A program made the position numbers and the translations under genes. Under the pieces are notes generated by a model. The model was not told the DNA's origin, searched no databases, and saw only the letters and a list, made by a program, of their open reading frames with translations. Below, piece after piece: positions 52,425-64,000 of a stretch of DNA of 64,000 nucleotides (within the stretch, counting starts at the first letter, position 1; the number at the start of each line of letters is the position of its first letter). The stretch is from Lama glama (taxonomy: Eukaryota), in the NCBI GenBank assembly GCA_028534125.1, contig CM052829.1, positions 4,650,001 through 4,714,000 on the forward strand, read 5' to 3'.

Positions 52425-53140
52425 ATTATATTTGAACCTCATGGTAACCGCAAACCAAAAACCTGTAATAGATACACAAACAAAGGCGAAAATAATCCAA
52501 ACATAGTACTAAAGACAGTCATCACATCACAAGGGGAGAAAGCAAAAAAAGAAGAAACAAAAAAGAACTACCAGAACTACCACAAACAATCAACAAAATG
52601 GCAATACTACTTATTGCCTATTAATCAATAGGCAATAACCTATCAATCATCACTTTAAATATAAATGGACTAAATGCTCCAATCAAAAGACATAGAATGC
52701 TAAATGGATTAAAAAAACAAGACCCATATGTATATATATATACTGCCTACAAGAGACACATTTCAAATCTAAAGACACACATAGACTAAAATTGAGGGGA
52801 TGGAAAAATATATTACATGTAAATGGAATGGAAGAGAAAGCTGGGGTAGCCATATTTATATGAAACAAAATAAATTTTAAAACAAAGACTATAAGAAGAC
52901 ACAAAGAAGGACACTGCATAATGATCAAAGGACTGATCCAACAAGAAGATATAATAATTGTAAATATATATGAACTCAAGATAGGATAACCTAGATACAT
53001 AAAGCAAATATTAACAAAGATAAAGGGAGAAATTGATAGTAATAAAATAATAATAGGGAAATTTAATACCCCACTGAAATCAATCAACAGATCATCCAGA
53101 CAGATAATCAATAAAGAAACACTGGCTTTAAATGACATGT

Positions 53141-53313
53141 NNNNNNNNNNNNNNNNNNNNNNNNNNNNNNNNNNNNNNNNNNNNNNNNNNNNNNNNNNNN
53201 NNNNNNNNNNNNNNNNNNNNNNNNNNNNNNNNNNNNNNNNNNNNNNNNNNNNNNNNNNNNNNNNNNNNNNNNNNNNNNNNNNNNNNNNNNNNNNNNNNNN
53301 NNNNNNNNNNNNN
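53141..53313. other. Assembly gap
   Basis: N run. Confidence 1.
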
Positions 53314-53877
53314 CTTGCTGATCACAATGGTATGAGACAAGAAATCAACCAGAAGGAAAAAAACTTTAAAAAACAAAAAAACATGGAAGCTAAATAGTAT
53401 GTTACTAAACAACCTATGAGTAACTGAAGAAATCAAATAGTAAAAAAGGACAGTCTCTTCAATTAATGATATTAAGAAAACTGGACAGCTACATGCAAAA
53501 AAAAATAATCAAAGTGGATTACTTTCTCACACCATATACAAAATAAACTCTCTAAATGAATTAAAGACTTAAATATAACACTTGAAACCATAAAACTCCT
53601 GGAAGGAAACAAAGGTAGTATGTGGTTTACTAAATAAGTTTACCAATATTTTTTCAGATCTATTTCCTTAAGCAAGGGAAACAAAAGGATAAATAAACAA
53701 ATCCGACTACATCAAACCAAAAAGATTTTGCACAGTGAAGGAAACTATCAACAAAGCAAAAAGGCAGCTTACTGAGTGTGTCAAGTATTTGCAAATGCTA
53801 TATTTGATAAGGGGTTAATATCCAAAATATACAAAAAACCTTATAGAATTCAACATCAAAAAGCCAAATGACCGGAT

Positions 53878-54188
53878 NNNNNNNNNNNNNNNNNNNNNNN
53901 NNNNNNNNNNNNNNNNNNNNNNNNNNNNNNNNNNNNNNNNNNNNNNNNNNNNNNNNNNNNNNNNNNNNNNNNNNNNNNNNNNNNNNNNNNNNNNNNNNNN
54001 NNNNNNNNNNNNNNNNNNNNNNNNNNNNNNNNNNNNNNNNNNNNNNNNNNNNNNNNNNNNNNNNNNNNNNNNNNNNNNNNNNNNNNNNNNNNNNNNNNNN
54101 NNNNNNNNNNNNNNNNNNNNNNNNNNNNNNNNNNNNNNNNNNNNNNNNNNNNNNNNNNNNNNNNNNNNNNNNNNNNNNNNNNNNNNNN
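53878..54188. other. Assembly gap
   Basis: N run. Confidence 1.
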
Positions 54189-55779
54189 CAATTTCATTTC
54201 TGGGTATTTAAGCAAAGAAAACAAAAATATTAATTAAAAAAAGATATATGTACCCCAGTGATCTTTGCAGCACTATTTATAATAGCCAAGATATGGAAGC
54301 AACCTATTTGTCCATCGATAGATCAATGGATAAAGAAGATGTGCATATATATATATATACACAATGGAATATTATTCAGACATAAGAAAAAATGAAATTG
54401 TGGCATTTTTGATGACATAGATGGATCTAGAGGGTATTAAGCTAAGTGAGATAACACAGACAGAGAAGGACAAATACCATATAATCTCATATATATGTGG
54501 AATCTAAAAAACAAACAAACAGGAAAAAAAAAAAAAGAAAACAGACCCACAGATACAGAGAACAAGTGGCGGATTAAGGTAAAAATCTCCAGTTACAAAA
54601 TAAATAAGCCATGAGGATGTAATATACAACATAAGAAATATGGTCAATAATACTATAATAACTTTATATGAGGACAGATGGTTGCTAGAATTCTCCTGGT
54701 GATTATTTCATAAGGTAAGCAAACGTCAAATCACTACAGTCTACCTGAAACTAACATCATACATCAACTATATTTCAAAAAAAGTCATGAAACTAATTAA
54801 AAGGGGAAATGTTGATATTTGACTATTAATAAGGTGTTGGTGCTCAGGTTCTGGTAACTCAAACCTGAAGTCTGGGGCAAAGCCTTTCCAGACCATAAAA
54901 TGACAATTCTGGCAAGCAAATTGTGAGATGCAATCTGAGTGCTGAGAAGCAGAAGAATCACTGTTTAAAAAGGGTTTTGCAAACAGTCTTAAATTGAGAT
55001 GCGAAATTTAACAGTTAGTGTGCTGAGATTTAATATTTTAATAAACAAAACACCAAATGAAGACTCAGAATTAGACACCGCCCCCACCTTGTTTATGTTC
55101 CAGGGTGACACACAGTCCATTTCTTGTGCCCTAACCACTTGGGAAACTTATTTCAGACAGTGTTCTATAGTTTTGAATATTTGAATAGACATTAAATTTC
55201 ACTCAGCAAATGTCTTCTCAATGGATTACACATTTTTATTCTTAATATTTGAAGTTATTTTTAACATTCTTTTATTTTACTTCTATTTTCTTGTGTACTA
55301 TACCTACTAAATTTTTTAGTAAATGTTAACTGGTAAATATTTAAGGCCAGATGTCTATACATTAAGTCAAATTATCCCAATAATATTAGTCTCATTTATT
55401 TTTCTTTTTTTGGGATCAATTATTGTTAACTTCATCTAATGCATTCTAATATTACTGTAACTATGTGATTTTCCAAAAGTAACATTTGAAGTATTACAGT
55501 CAATTCTCTTAATTACTTGGATGCATGCAATCTAGAGCTCGTAATTTATAACTGTGAATGTTTATAAGTGTTTCCTTGTTTATCTGTGGTCAGTATCTGT
55601 TTCTGCAGAGCCTACAGTATTTCTTAGTGGTTCACATTTCTTAGTTTTTCTTCCTAGGACGGACGCGACAATGTCTCAGCAGTTTCAGGATTGCTGTCAA
55701 TTCTACCCCTTCTTCCCCTGTATGTGAGTTTGCATAAAACAGTGCTTATAAAAGTACTTCTCTGTGCAAAACTCTTGTT

Positions 55780-56010
55780 CACACATTCTTCTCACTGACA
55801 CACAGTCCATTTGCTGCACCTGGCAGAACACTCAGTCATGTGGTGGGTGGTGACCATCGCTAAGCCTAACGTTGCCTTCCTCAAAAATGGGGACGATAAT
55901 TAACCTCACTTATTAGGGGTGTTGTGAGGACTACATCAGAGAACCCAGGTAAGCTCTCAGGATGGTATCTGCAATTTGGTAAATACTCAGTACATTTTAA
56001 CTATTGTTAT
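55780..56010 (+). mobile_element. MIR remnant
   Basis: aaaatggggacgataattaacctcacttattaggggtgttgtgagga. Confidence 0.6.
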
Positions 56011-56225
56011 TATGACTGAGATGAAAATGACCAAAGAAAACTGGATTTAGGGGAGAAACGGAGCTGTGTGTTGGGGGTTACTTTTGATTTGCCTATTTAG
56101 ATATCCAAAAGCATATGAAGAGTGGGCAGGTATTTATACAGATTGGAAGGGTGGTTAGGGCTGAACATATAAATCTTGGACTCAGTCATCTGTATGTCAA
56201 ATGGTTTAAAACCATGTACTAGAAG

Positions 56226-56400
56226 AGGGCTTCTCAGCAGAAGCCCCGCTGACATTCTGAGCCGGTAGGTCTCTGTCCTGAAGGGCTGTCCTGTGTGCTA
56301 CAGGACGTTGAGAGCAGCTTCCCTACCCTTGACACACTAGACCCCCCAGTTGTGACGGAAGTTGCCGAGTGACCCTTGTAGGCGTAGCTGTTTCGAAAGT
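56226..56400 (-). mobile_element. MER20-like hAT DNA transposon inside an antisense L2 (~56020-57100)
   Basis: gggctgtcctgtgtgctacaggacgtt...ccccagttgtgac matches the reverse MER20 consensus as recalled. Confidence 0.65.
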
Positions 56401-58669
56401 GCAGCTGGAAAAGAGGTGACCTGAGTCCTGAGCCCTGTGGCCTGCACGGACACGAGCAGCCAGCGCAGGGCATGGGGGAGTGGCCAGGGAACTGCGAGGG
56501 ACACCTGGAGCCCGTAGGGCCCTAATCCAAGAAGGCTGCGTCAAGGTGGATGGACTGGCTAGGCGCTGAGTGTTTGAGTAAGATGAGGACAAGGAGCTGA
56601 CTGTTGGTTCTGGCAAGATGGAGGCTCTGCGGGACCGGACAAGACGTCTCTTACTATGGCGAAGGGGATGAAGTGTCACTGAGTGGGCTGTGGAGGGAAC
56701 GGGGTCAGGTGTTGAGGAGGTGGATACAGAAAGTGTGGACAACACTTTGGAGGAATGTTATTGAAGAGAAAAACAGAAATGGTGTGAAGAACATAAAAGA
56801 ATGTTGGGGGGTGGCAAGGAATTTTTTTGCAGTAAGAAGTGGAATCATAGAAATAAAATTCTTGGGTAGGTGAGAGAGCATGGATTTCAGTACAACTTGA
56901 GGGGCTGGCTTCAGACAGTTGCACAGAGGGTACCACGTCTGCTGTGAGAGGAGGAGAAGCAGGCTATGTGGGTACAGGTGCAGGTAAGGTGATTTTTTTT
57001 TTTTTTTTGGTGGGAAGGTGTAGTAGTTCTCGTGATGCTTCTATTTTCTTAGGAAAATTGAGAACGAATTTATTAGCAGAGTGAGGAATGAAACAGTGAC
57101 CTAAGAGAGTGCAAATGTGCATTCCCCAGGGATCTGTAGAAAGCTTGTTCTGTACTTGAGCTGTGTGGGTATGGAATTTGTGTAGTTTTGATTTAGGATT
57201 GGACTTCTCCCTACACCCATGCCTTGTTTGACTCTGATATCCACGGAGATCAGCCCAAGTCCTCGCACTACTGCGTCCTACACTTTTAGGACTGGCCTGC
57301 TGCCATGGGTGGGTGGATTTCCTAAGTCTGAGCTGCCACTCGGGGCCGGGAGCTTGTTTACGCTACACCTAGAATCACAGGGCTGCACCCCTAATTCTGC
57401 AGGGAAGGTTAGACCTCACTCAGGGAGCCTGCCCTCCGCCACCAAGCCCTGTGGCAGTCCCTTTGCCCTTGTGCCCTGAGCCCAGTTCTTTTAGGGCTCA
57501 GAGGAAGATTTGAATGAGATGGAGAAGATTCATTTGCACAGTCATGTTAGTGGAATCCTAGTGGGTATTTCAAAGCTCCTCATGAGGAACCAAATTCTAT
57601 AGGTACAGCAAATAGAAATGATCACTGTTTTTATATGGACTGTTGAAGGATTTAATTAAATGAGGAAAGTTGGAAGCAAGCAAATTAACATTGTAAAGTT
57701 GCAGTGCTGGTTAATAACAGCAGAACCTTAAATTATAGGTGGTTTGGTTCTTGGAAGATGGTGTCCTGAGTAAAACTGATTAAAATAAATTGGACTTCAA
57801 ATGGAGGAAATAGAGCAATGGTGTCAGTCAGAGTTTCACATTATTATTATCACTGCATGTGTGTGTGCTAAGGAGGGTGGAGGGTGGGTAGATGGTGTTT
57901 GTGGAGGAATCTCTGAAGCAGTCAGACTCAACTTTGATTTTCTTCAACCATCAAGCTCTAATTTGCATTTTAGATTTCTTTTTATATTTCTCATCTAGCT
58001 CAGCTCTACATTAATTATAGTTTCCATGCATTTATAAACATTTCCCTAAAAATCCTGCTTACAGTTTTTGTTCCTCTATGTTTTCTTCCCCTTTTTCTCA
58101 ATGGCAGTCTCATGAGTCTGATGGTCATGTGATTCTCTGCTGCCCCAGCTTCTAACAGGTTTTGGTTTAAGGTCTTGTACTTCAGTTTCCCTGATAATGT
58201 GGAAGTCCCTCAGTTTCCAGCTCTCTCTCCCTTGTATTCTCTCTCCTGTTGGGGAAGAGATACCCCTTTGCTGCTCCACATCACCCACTGTTCCTGCACC
58301 TTTAGTGCACATGGCAAGAAAACTGGCTCCATGCACTTTTCCAAAAGCCAGCTCTCTCCTACCCAGTTAAATGTTGGGATCTCCAAGGCTCCCTCAGTGA
58401 ACATTTTCTCTTCATTTCTTTGTTTTCCTTGGGTGATCTCATTAACCAACACAGCCATGCAGGTGGCTGTATTTTTAGCCTATATATCCCTAAGATATGC
58501 AGTCTACTTGCTTAGTGGATGTTTCCACCTTGATGTCCCATAAGCATCATCCATCCAACATACCTAAAACTTAAAGCATCATATTTTCCTTAAACATTAT
58601 CTTTCTGCGTTTGGCTCTAGGTTAATGTCATCAGTGACTACCTAGCCAAGGAAAATGGAATCTACTGAA

Positions 58670-60590
58670 ATAGACTCCAGAAGAGACAGAAAACAGACTA
58701 ATAACAATGAATAATGTTATTAAATCTATTAATAAATTACCTTTAAAAATATTCCATACCCAGATGGCTTTAGAAGTAAATTCAACTTCCCATGGAACAG
58801 TTGTTTCCATATTTAATCCTATTTAAGCTCTATTAGAAGAAAGAAGCCTTCACAGTCCTTTTGTTAAACAATGATAGCATACCACTGATATCAAAACTTG
58901 ATAGAAATAGCTTTAAATTAGATAATTTTTTGGAATATTATAAAATCTTAAAGGAATTATTAAAGATATTTAGCAGTACATTGAAAGAAAAATGCACCAC
59001 AACTAAGTGGCATTCATTTCCTGAATATATGGGTGGAACAATAAAAATTATAAATGGTTCAAATTAATATATAGTAGTAAAGGTTAAAGTAGAGGAGTTA
59101 CATAGCTTATATAGGGGATATGAAAAGAGTCATTTTGAAAAACATCAACATCCATGTCTGATATTAAAAACTGTTGGTAAGAATTGATAGCTACTTACTT
59201 AAGCCAGCATTCAGCTTAATGATAAAATACTAAAAATATTTCTGTTAAAATCGGAACAAGACAAGGATGTTGACCATTGCTATAACTGCTTAAAACTTAT
59301 TGAAATAGTAGCCAATGATATTAAACAAGAAAAATAAATAAAAATATTAGAAGGAAGAGTTATTGCTACCCTTTGCAGATTTTATGATTGATAAACAGAA
59401 AATACAAAGCAAGTCACTCAAAAATTATTATTAGTAAGATAATTCAATCAGATTATAAATATACATACAACAAATGAGAAAATACAGTAAAAAAAATGGA
59501 AGGAGGCAAGCCATTTATATTAGCTAAACAAATGAAACAACAACAACAACAAAACCAAACAAAATAGGAGAAAACACCTATTAATGACTTAAAAAACTTA
59601 AAAATTATATAAAGGAAACTTAAAACTCTACTGAAGGATGTAAAAGAAAGCTTGTTGATATAATACTCTAAGCACAACAATTCTACTTGAAATGTCCTGT
59701 AAATTCAATGTGATTTTTTCTTGGCAACCTGAAAATCTGGTTTTCTCATGAGAAAATAAAATAAGGAAAAATAAGCATAAAAGAATAGCCTGGCAAATTC
59801 TGGAAAGAAGGTTAGTGAATAGGGACTAGTCTCACAAGATATTAAAACTTGGCTGTCCAATACGGTAGCTACTAGCCACAAGTGGCTCTTTGAAATATAA
59901 ATTAATTAAAAATATGTAAAATTTAAAAATACTCTCCCTAATCACAAAGGTCACATTTCACGGACTCACTACAATGAGTGGCTACTGTATCGGACAGAGC
60001 AGAGGACATTTCCATCACTGCAAATGGTTCTTTTGGATAGTGCTTTATTAAACATATTATTAAACTTTAATAATGAAAACAGTTTGGTACTTGAGAGGAA
60101 ACAGTTGAGGAAAAAATTGAGCCTAGAATTACATCCAAATAATGTGGGAATTTATATACAGTGATAAAGGATGTATTTAAAAGGTGAAGAAAAGAGGGGC
60201 TATTTTTTATAAGATGTTGGGCCGATTGACTAATTTGAAAAAAAAAAAAACAGCTGGGACTTCATCTCTATTTACATCCATATAAATTCCAGGTAGAATA
60301 AAAATGTAAAGTGTAAAAAGAGAACTAAGCAAACCCCCTTAATGTTCGAGAAGAAAGGATGCATGAATTTATCTGTAAATACTTGAAGCCGAGATATTTA
60401 CAATGTATATAACTGACAAAAGGCTGATTTCCTTAATTTACAAAGATCTCATCCAAATCAGTAAGAGACAATCAAAACAATAAAATTGAGCAAAAAGTGT
60501 AAATAGGGACTGTATAAGAAAATAAATACACATGTCCAGTAATTAGATGAAAAGATATTCAACCTCACTCACCACAAAAGAAACACGCCC
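58670..60590 (+). mobile_element. Decayed ancient L1 ORF2 fragments
   Basis: A-rich; phrases ggaacaagacaaggatgt, tttgcagattttatgattg, gaaaagatattcaacctcactc. Confidence 0.65.
59850..60045. mobile_element. MER3/MER33-like hAT element inserted in the old L1
   Basis: gctgtccaatacggtagctactagccaca...gtggctactgtatcggacag...ttggatagtgct. Confidence 0.65.
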
Positions 60591-61760
60591 AAGTATTTTA
60601 GTATGTATTCTCTACAAACAAGAACATTCTCCTATAAAACCACAATACAAGCTCTGAAATCAGGCAACTAACACTGGTACATTTATACCATCTAACCCTC
60701 AACTCCATCCAGAAGTTTTCAGTTGTCCCAATGACATTCTTTACAGCAAAAGAGTCCAATCCAAAAATCACATTTAATAAATCACTTTATTCTCCTTCAG
60801 TCTGACTCAGTTCTCTTTAGTTTTCCTTGACTTTCATGTCCTTGACATTGATAAAGATTACAGACCAGTTATTTTGTAAAATGTTCCTCAATTTGGGTTT
60901 GTCTAGTATTTCCTAATGATTAGATTCAGGCTTTACATTCTGGCAAAGATATCACATTGCTTTCTGTCAGGTGGCATGTGACTTTCATTTGTCCCCTCAC
61001 TGGCCCTGTTGACCCTGATGCTGTGATTGGGGTAGTGCCTGCCAATCGTCTCCATGGTGAAACCACTCTTCTTCCCCTTGCAGTTAACGGTATTTTGTGG
61101 GGAGATTCTGTGAGATTATGTAAATATACAGTTCCTCGTCAAACTTTTATTCATGTATTTGTGTATATTAGTACAGATTCATTAATTCATAATTTTTCCA
61201 TTGGGCTATATTTCATTTTACTACCGCTATTTATTTTGATGCTCTATCTGCTCCTAGGTTGGCAAGTGGGGACCTTTTCAAGCCAGCATCTGGGTCCCTT
61301 GCACATGTTCCATTTTTCTCTAGGCTCCTTTTTCTCTTTCTTTCTCCCTCTTTCCCTCTGTCCATCTCTCTCTCTTTCTCTCTCTCTGTTAGCTCTCTTT
61401 ATTGCTCACCTTGTGCTTTCCCTGCCTTAGCCCTGAAGTCAGCCATTACTCCAAGGAGCATTGTTTTCCTTCTGGGGAGAATGGTATTTAAAAACCAAAA
61501 TTTAGGTGCTAGCTGTGCTCACTGCTTTCGGGGTGCTGCTGTGCCCAGGCCTCTCAGTGGGCAGTGCTATAGGTACACACACACATAGCTACAACCACAT
61601 TTATTTCTAGATCTATTTTTATGTATATTGAGAAATCTGAGTTCACACCAATAACTCTAAATCTAGCACAACACCACAGGGTATGTTCTAATTGTCTGTC
61701 TTTCCGTATTTGTAGCTCCCTCTGCTCCCATCACCATTTTAATATTTACTTACTTGACCT
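60590..61760 (-). mobile_element. Ancient L1 (L1MC-like) 3' region, antisense
   Basis: ccagttattttgtaaaatgttcctcaatttgggtttgtct..tttcctaatgattagattcagg. Confidence 0.65.
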
Positions 61761-64000
61761 ACATCTGCATATAACCATCTCCACTGCCACCACTGCCCGG
61801 CACCCCACTCCCACCTTGACACCAATGCCCTTCTTGTCACTCTGTGCCCCAATCCCCTTCTCGGGGCCATTGGCCTTGCTCCCCACCGTGTGGATGCCCT
61901 TCCCACTCTTCTCAGGCTCTGACCCTTCTCTGGAGCCACGGCCCCACCAGTGCAGGTGGATGCTGGCTGTGATGAGCCTTATCTAGTGGCTTGGACTGAA
62001 TTGTTGGAAGAGGAAGATCTCTCCCATCCTGCATCTCCTGTTCGCTTATTTTCCTGGTTGCCAACCAGGCTTCAGAGGACTGCAAAACAAGAGGCTCAAA
62101 CATTTCAACTGCTTGTATATGGTAACTGTTTTGAGTGGGGAGAAGGAACTGGGAAGCCACCTTTTATTGTAATAGGTAGCCATAGCAAGAAAGATGCTTT
62201 ATTATGTGCAACTGATTAAAATACTAAAAATCATAGCAAATTTGTTCTTGTCCAAAGACTTTAAAAGTTCCATTATATAGCCATAATGCCTAGATTTAAG
62301 TTATGAAAATACTCAGTCAAATATGGCAAAGGTCTAAATTCTCATGAACAAAAGCTACCTGCCTATGCTAGCCTTACACTTCTGTGTTATGTGGGTAGGA
62401 TAAGGAAAGACATTTTGATCATCACAGTAAGTTTTAAAACAATTATTTACATTGATCTCAGGTATCTGTTCACTTAATCTATAAAATGGACTCTACCATG
62501 TGGAAAATATTCTGAAGCCAAGCATTAATGTTTTCATTAAACCAATGATAGAATAAGTACTCAGCATTAAGAAATGTTCCTGCAAGAGGTGAAGTAGTTG
62601 TAGATTTGCATGAAAGCGTTAAAGAATCACCACACTGCCTGGAGAAGAATTTCTAATTCTGTCAAAAAAGGTCAGCTTTAAGTGTCGCTGTCATAATGAC
62701 ACTGTTAGGAGTCAGAGGGACTGTTTTTTTTTTGTCTGTCTGTTTGTTTTTAAAGAGAGAAAGGTCTGTGATTAGAACCTATCATGTAAGCCTAAGAGAA
62801 AAAAATTAGTATTGTCAAATAAGGCTCCAGTGAAGTAATAGAGACTTTTATTAAGTTAATATTACTTGAAGGAAGACATTGTTACGTTGGAAGCAACTTG
62901 AGGGCTGTTCACAGTCTGGTTAAATAGGGCATAGAACTGTCCAGGGTCAGAGGAGGTCGCAAGGTCAACATTTGGACTCCTGAAATGAAATGCTTTGTTT
63001 TTCCCCAAAACATGGTTCACTGATTTAAACAGCTTGCTGTTTCTTATTTAATATGTTCTATATTTGGCATTATTCTGAGGAGAAAATTCCTGTATAAAAA
63101 TTCAGGATTGTGCCCTTCAATAAGACAACCTAGGTGCACCATGATGTGATATTATTTTATTTTCAGCATAAGTAAAGGGGACAGATAGGTATTTCATTGA
63201 GAGTCTACTCCTAGCTTGAATCTAGTCCTTAAATGGTTACTTTAATATGCATTTACCAATTTAGTCCCCTCAACATAGCTCTGCAGTAGATTCCACCCAT
63301 GTGTTGCAGACGGGGGAGCCAGCGCTTAGAGTTTACTCCCTCAGTCAGCAGAGCCAGACCTTCCAAGGCCATGTCTAGTGCTCTGGTGGTCTCTGCTCTA
63401 CTCCTGGTGGAGACACTTTTTCATGAGGAGTCTCCAGTAGATACATGTTTTTGTCCTCAAGTTCAACTGCTATTGTATTATATTGTATTATTGGCATTAT
63501 ATTACATTCTGGAATGATATTTCACATTAGAGAATGGATAGGACTTTGGTATAAAAATTCAATAGTTCTATAAATACTTGAGAAGAAATATATATCAGGG
63601 TTACAGATAAGTCCATTAAGAGCAGAAAATTAATACATGAAGCCAGCTTTCCTTTCTCGTCTCATCGTAACTGTTTACTCATCTGACTGCTCTGTTATCT
63701 TCAACAGTATTTTCTTAATATGGAAGAATGAGCTATGACTCTCACGGGCACACAAGCCCATTTCACAGTGGAGACATCGCCAACAGTTAAATTAACAACA
63801 AATTTGGTAGAGAACAGGCAGAGTTTGATGTTCTTAGAGGGTTTTAGGGGGCTTGGCTGAAGGACCACACACACGGAATGTTGACTTTAAAAGACTGTCT
63901 TAGACTTGGTTTACTGCTGAGTCACAATGGCTTTTTCAATAAAAATAAAGAATGTGAAGGTATGTGTGTACTTTAGACATATGGACGGACTAGCCTCAGT

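Larger units (their letters stand above)
50257..54783 (+). mobile_element. LINE-1 with 5'UTR, ORF1, ORF2 endonuclease and C-terminal parts, and 3'UTR; RT region missing
   Basis: TSD AAAAAGTCATG at 50246-50256 and 54779-54789 at a TTTT/AAAAA target; 5' ccaagacggcggagtagg; ORF1 peptide DRVLKAARDKQLVMLKGAPVRLSAEFSAET; endonuclease-region sequence ~52600-53140. Confidence 0.92.

Noticed and set aside
55658-55724. Isolated exon-like segment (ttcttcctAG...GTGAGT)
   Set aside because: No partner exons or coding signal; could be lncRNA but unsupported.
1-64000. CRISPR arrays, operons, rRNA or prokaryotic systems
   Set aside because: Sequence is mammalian; no repeat-spacer arrays or dense coding structure seen.

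Overview
Mammalian nuclear DNA, most likely camelid (camel/alpaca), judged from a tRNA-derived SINE of camelid type at 8787-8915 and cetartiodactyl-type L1s. It has three assembly gaps. I see no intact protein-coding gene: the ORF track is mostly noise, repeat fragments or pseudo-exon pieces. The main hidden feature is a large intron-containing pseudogene on the + strand, from before base 1 to about 28.2 kb. It has more than 20 candidate exons with AG/GT boundaries, and their splice phases chain correctly over long runs. The reconstructed protein (roughly 1,400+ aa) carries scattered stops and frameshifts, and I cannot assign it to a known family. A ~400-bp insert inside an old L1 (about 6424-6825) encodes on the - strand a peptide with motif-level resemblance to bornavirus matrix protein, a speculative endogenous viral element. 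The AT-richer right half contains an internally deleted ERV1-type provirus (two LTRs, TSD, tRNA-Leu PBS, gag/pro/RNaseH/env remnants), an L1 with both ends and TSDs but no RT domain, ancient L2/MIR/MER repeats and candidate conserved non-coding elements. Repeat family names come from memory of consensus sequences, not from a search.
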